Of a stretch of 64,000 nucleotides of DNA, positions 60,434 through 64,000 are shown one piece after another (positions within the stretch are counted from its first letter, which is position 1; each line of letters begins with the position of its first letter). Under the pieces are notes generated by a model. That model was not told the DNA's origin. It saw nothing but the letters and a program-made list of their open reading frames with translations, and did no database searches. Both the position numbers and the translations under genes were made by a program. The stretch lies in NCBI GenBank assembly GCA_964427595.1, contig CAYRUQ010000003.1, positions 1,852 through 65,851 of the forward strand. Reading direction: 5' to 3'. The stretch comes from an uncultured Clostridiaceae bacterium. GTDB taxonomy: Bacteria > Bacillota_I > Bacilli_A > RFN20 > CAG-288.

Positions 60434-60800
60434 GAGTGAATTTAGTGCTTTAGTTTCAAAAGCTACAACCTCTACTTCAGCACTTCTAACAAGTTCACTT
60501 CCAGTGCTTAAGATGTTTTATAAACTTAATAACAGAAAGAACTCTGGTAAAAGTCCTTTTCCTAAAGAATACAACGATAAAAATACTGCTGACTTGATTG
60601 ATGAATTAGTTGTGAATATCGAAAATAGTTCATCTGAATCCGATTTTGATAGAGAAAAGATTATATCCTCTCTAGAGACACTGAGTTCCCACGCTAACGA
60701 AGCTATCTCTTATATAAAGACAGCTAGTCTTAAAACTGATTATCAGTGGATTTCTGAAACTCTTAAAAATATCGCTGATTGTTTGAAGTGTGTCCAATAA
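60426..60800 (+). CDS. Hypothetical all-helical protein (124 aa)
   Basis: ATG overlaps the upstream gene by 8 nt. AGGAGG lies 4 nt upstream of the ATG. Confidence 0.5.
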   Translation: MSKSEFSALVSKATTSTSALLTSSLPVLKMFYKLNNRKNSGKSPFPKEYNDKNTADLIDELVVNIENSSSESDFDREKIISSLETLSSHANEAISYIKTASLKTDYQWISETLKNIADCLKCVQ

Positions 60801-60888
60801 TAGAGCTGTTTTGTTGAAAAAAGTGATTTTTCTTCAATAATTATACTTAGTATAATTTTGAAGAATTCGTCATTAAGGAGCCTGAAGA

Positions 60889-61230
60889 ATGAAGAATTAT
60901 CCAGAGTGGAGTGATCGTAATATTCTGATTGATTTGAGAAATAGATTCGCAACTTGTTATCAAAATGATGATGGTTCTATCTTCTATATAGAGCCTCAGT
61001 TTTATACATATTTACAAGGCTACAAAGATCTTAGACCTGAGAGATACGATGACATTCTAAAAGAGATGGATAAGATTGTCAGAAAGAACAGAAAAGTTGT
61101 CTTCGTCGGTCAAGAAGATAACCCGATTGTCGTCTGTGAAGGTGCTATCTATCTCACTGCTATCGATGTCGCAAATCGTATCCAAGTTTTAGTTGAAGAT
61201 AAGAGTCGTGGTTCTGATTACGGAGACTGA
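60889..61230 (+). CDS. Hypothetical protein (113 aa)
   Basis: AAGGAG SD. Stop lies 2 nt before the next start. Confidence 0.5.
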   Translation: MKNYPEWSDRNILIDLRNRFATCYQNDDGSIFYIEPQFYTYLQGYKDLRPERYDDILKEMDKIVRKNRKVVFVGQEDNPIVVCEGAIYLTAIDVANRIQVLVEDKSRGSDYGD

Positions 61231-61232
61231 AA

Positions 61233-62807
61233 GTGAATAGAAAAAGAAATAAAGTATCTACTTTTGCTAGTGTGATGTGCTGTGCTCTCGCTCTTTCATC
61301 ATGTGTTTATGATTATTCGATAAACATACCTGTTACTTATGGTGAAAATGTGACTTATAAGACTCCTAATTACAACAGCTCTTACTCAGCTAGCAATCTC
61401 AATAAAGATTTAGTTGGAAGTACAGTTGGACAATACTTTCTTCCTTCAACAGGTGACAGCAAAATCTTAGTCATACCCATCGAATTTGAAGATGATACTT
61501 TCACTACTGCTGAATTAGAAACTTTAGAAAATACCTTCTTTGGCGGCGAAAATCAGACTGGTTGGCAGTCTGTTTATTCTTACTATTATGAGTCTAGTGG
61601 TGGAAAGTTAAGACTCTCTGGAGAAGTTACAAATAAATGTAAGCTTGACATGACTGTCGCTGAATTAGAAAGAGTCGCTGCAACCTATAGTGGCAATTAC
61701 ACAGATGAAATCGTCAAAATGGCTTTAGAGGCTTTAGATTCTAGCATCGATTATCAAGATTATGATTCTAATGGCGATGGTGTCATCGATGCTGTTTGGT
61801 TAGTTTATTCAGCTTCTTATGATAGAGATTCTGATCTCTATTGGGCTTATACAACTTGGGCGAGTGATTATAATACTTTCGATGATCTTTATTATTGTCA
61901 GTATTCTTGGGCGAGCATCGAGTTTCTTTATGAAGGCGGATATAGTTCAAGCAGATCAGATACATTAAATGGTGACGCCCACACCTTCATTCATGAGACC
62001 GGTCATCTTTTAGGATTAGATGATTATTATTCTTATGATTATGATGGCTCTTCCAATACCGATACTCCCGTCGGTGGTATCGATATGATGGATTTCAATA
62101 TCGGTGATAATTGTTCCTTCTCTAAATACTTCTTAGATTGGTATGAGCCGACCATCATCACTGAAGAGTATCTTGAAGAAAACGACTATACCTTGACTCT
62201 CTCATCACAGACTGAAACTGGTCAATTTTTCCTTCTTCCATCCTATACAGATGATGGAGAGATGCAATATAACAACACCGCTTTAGATGAGTATTTGCTG
62301 ATTGAATACTACACACCCACTAATCTTAACGAACAAGATTCCAAAGCAATCTATAACAATACTTTACGTTGTTACACTGAACCTGGTGTCCTTGTTTATC
62401 ATGTCAATGCGACAATCGGTCGTATCTATGTCAGTGGCGGTTCCATCGTTTGGGATGGTTATGCCTATGATATGCTTAAACCTCTTAGCGCTTTGCTTAG
62501 TTATGAGGGTTATTACTACATCTTCAGCAACACTAAAAGCTATTCTTATTATGAGATGGAGAATGCTTCAACTTTCTATAGAGGAGCCTTGATCTCATTA
62601 CTTTCGGCAACCGGAAGAAAGATATCCGGTTATTATGCGAATTCAAGAACTATCAACCAATACTTGTATCAAGAAGGAGATGAATTCCTCCTTGAAGGTG
62701 GCATATATGATGAATTCATCTTCGATGATGGAACTACACCTAATTATGGTTTTGAAGTTCTTTCTTCAAATGATGATTCCTGCACCTTGCGCTTTTCAGC
62801 AATATGA
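61233..62807 (+). CDS. M6 (immune inhibitor A)-like zinc metalloprotease lipoprotein
   Basis: Lipobox ALSSC. Zinc motif FIHETGHLLGLDDYY. GTG start with GGAG upstream. Confidence 0.7.
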   Translation: MNRKRNKVSTFASVMCCALALSSCVYDYSINIPVTYGENVTYKTPNYNSSYSASNLNKDLVGSTVGQYFLPSTGDSKILVIPIEFEDDTFTTAELETLENTFFGGENQTGWQSVYSYYYESSGGKLRLSGEVTNKCKLDMTVAELERVAATYSGNYTDEIVKMALEALDSSIDYQDYDSNGDGVIDAVWLVYSASYDRDSDLYWAYTTWASDYNTFDDLYYCQYSWASIEFLYEGGYSSSRSDTLNGDAHTFIHETGHLLGLDDYYSYDYDGSSNTDTPVGGIDMMDFNIGDNCSFSKYFLDWYEPTIITEEYLEENDYTLTLSSQTETGQFFLLPSYTDDGEMQYNNTALDEYLLIEYYTPTNLNEQDSKAIYNNTLRCYTEPGVLVYHVNATIGRIYVSGGSIVWDGYAYDMLKPLSALLSYEGYYYIFSNTKSYSYYEMENASTFYRGALISLLSATGRKISGYYANSRTINQYLYQEGDEFLLEGGIYDEFIFDDGTTPNYGFEVLSSNDDSCTLRFSAI

Positions 62808-64000
62808 ATCGAATCAAACAAGCTTATAGAAAAATAAATCTCTTTAATAACTCAGATTACAAAGAAGCTTATATAGGTTCTATTTTTTTAGCGTTTAAAA
62901 ATAACAAACAAGAACTCGTGATGGCTGAAGAAGATAGAGAACCTCTTTTGTGGTTGGAAGAATTCTATAGGACCAAGCTTAAGGAATATAAATTAAATTT
63001 TAATTTCCGTTTCTTTAGAAATATAACTAAGAAAGGTAAGAATAAATTCTTCGGTCTTCCTGATGAATTATTCGAAACTCTTAATTTTAGTAACCCGATT
63101 GTAAATCAGATCAAGTTTGTACCTAATCTCTCCAATTTAAAGAAAGAAGTCTATTTTGAATACGCTGATAACAATGGTTGTCATCCTTATACAGATGACT
63201 TTAAACTTTATCTTTTCAAACACGGAATTTACTTCGTTCAAGAAGAGACGATTCCCTTTATAAAAGGTGAAGTTAGATATCCAGTCTTCATCGATGAAAG
63301 AAGATTACCTGCCGATATCAAAGCATTGATTGATCAATGTGATTTTGATTTCTTCACGATTAATTTCAACGACGCTAGAAAACTTTTTATTGATAATTGT
63401 TATAAGGAGATAGACGCCATTCCTTTTGAAAGAAAACTCCTTCACTTCGTAGATTATGCTACCGATAAAGAGATCAAAGAACTGGCTTCAAAAATTGATA
63501 TTGGCGCTGGCCTTTATAATGGCTATATGCGGCGCTTTGTCGCTTCTATCATCAACATCATGTTTGATAAATACTCTTTTGAAGTTCTCAATAGAGTCAC
63601 TGGTAAACTATCTTTCTTAACACCGGTCAAGATAGAAACTGATAAGACTTATCAAGTTCTCTCTTCTTTTGATGGCGAGATGTACTCGACCGATGGTGAA
63701 AACTATTATTTCAATCTCAAAGATAAAGACGCTTTATTAAAGCAAACAAAACATGCTTTCAAAGAAATCAAGAAAAGAGATGGTTTGAGTTTATATAAAT
63801 ATCTTTGTCTTCCTTATGCTGGATATAAGTATGTTAAAGATAAGACATTCTCTACTCCTAAAAAATTCATCTCCGCCCTTCCTTTCAGAGATGATATCAG
63901 CATCTCAACTTCTTATCTCTCCCCTAAGAGATGCGATTTAAACTACTCATTCTTATCTGGAAAAAAACAACATAATTTCGTCTTTCTTTTAAGATGGTTA
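62804..64000 (+). CDS. Hypothetical protein, first 399 aa (3' end runs off window)
   Basis: Absent from the ORF track. Its ATG overlaps the protease stop (ATGA at 62804-62807). I translated the frame to nt 64000 and found no stop. Confidence 0.6.
   Translation, partial: MNRIKQAYRKINLFNNSDYKEAYIGSIFLAFKNNKQELVMAEEDREPLLWLEEFYRTKLKEYKLNFNFRFFRNITKKGKNKFFGLPDELFETLNFSNPIVNQIKFVPNLSNLKKEVYFEYADNNGCHPYTDDFKLYLFKHGIYFVQEETIPFIKGEVRYPVFIDERRLPADIKALIDQCDFDFFTINFNDARKLFIDNCYKEIDAIPFERKLLHFVDYATDKEIKELASKIDIGAGLYNGYMRRFVASIINIMFDKYSFEVLNRVTGKLSFLTPVKIETDKTYQVLSSFDGEMYSTDGENYYFNLKDKDALLKQTKHAFKEIKKRDGLSLYKYLCLPYAGYKYVKDKTFSTPKKFISALPFRDDISISTSYLSPKRCDLNYSFLSGKKQHNFVFLLRWL

Overview
This is a gene-dense, low-GC chromosomal segment of about 60 genes from a Firmicutes/Mollicutes-like bacterium. 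It uses the standard genetic code: TGA serves as a stop, and tuf, fusA and groEL are intact under code 11. Many predicted lipoproteins carry Ser/Thr-rich linkers. All calls rest on motif recognition by eye; no searches were run.

Core gene blocks:
- rpsL-rpsG-fusA-tuf
- dnaX-ybaB-recR-tmk-holB-ricT-rsmI
- prfA-prmC
- nrdD-nrdG
- groES-groEL
- a small SRP RNA abutting tadA
- psuG, ung, tdk, cobB and tRNA-Lys(CUU)

Accessory and surface content:
- A co-directional minus-strand locus (1-13534) of about 13.5 kb. It encodes a MalK/UgpC-type ABC ATPase with an insertion of about 280 aa, two permeases, two paralogous solute-binding lipoproteins, a staphylococcal-nuclease-like lipoprotein, a zinc-ribbon membrane protein and a Big_2 surface lipoprotein. 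The last ORF is missing from the ORF track because it runs off the window.
- Two P-type ATPases, one of them behind a yybP-ykoY-like leader.
- A pair made of LemA and a large membrane protein.
- An operon containing an M6-like metalloprotease lipoprotein.

The best candidate for an undescribed system is an AT-rich islet at about 13.5-18.4 kb. It holds a frameshifted TetR gene, a small HTH-membrane protein, and a translationally coupled three-gene operon. That operon encodes a SIR2_2/ThsA-like putative NADase with an unknown N-terminal domain, followed by two RDD-family membrane proteins. None of the known SIR2 partners (TIR, HerA, pAgo, STAND) lies nearby. No CRISPR array, transposase or integrase was seen.
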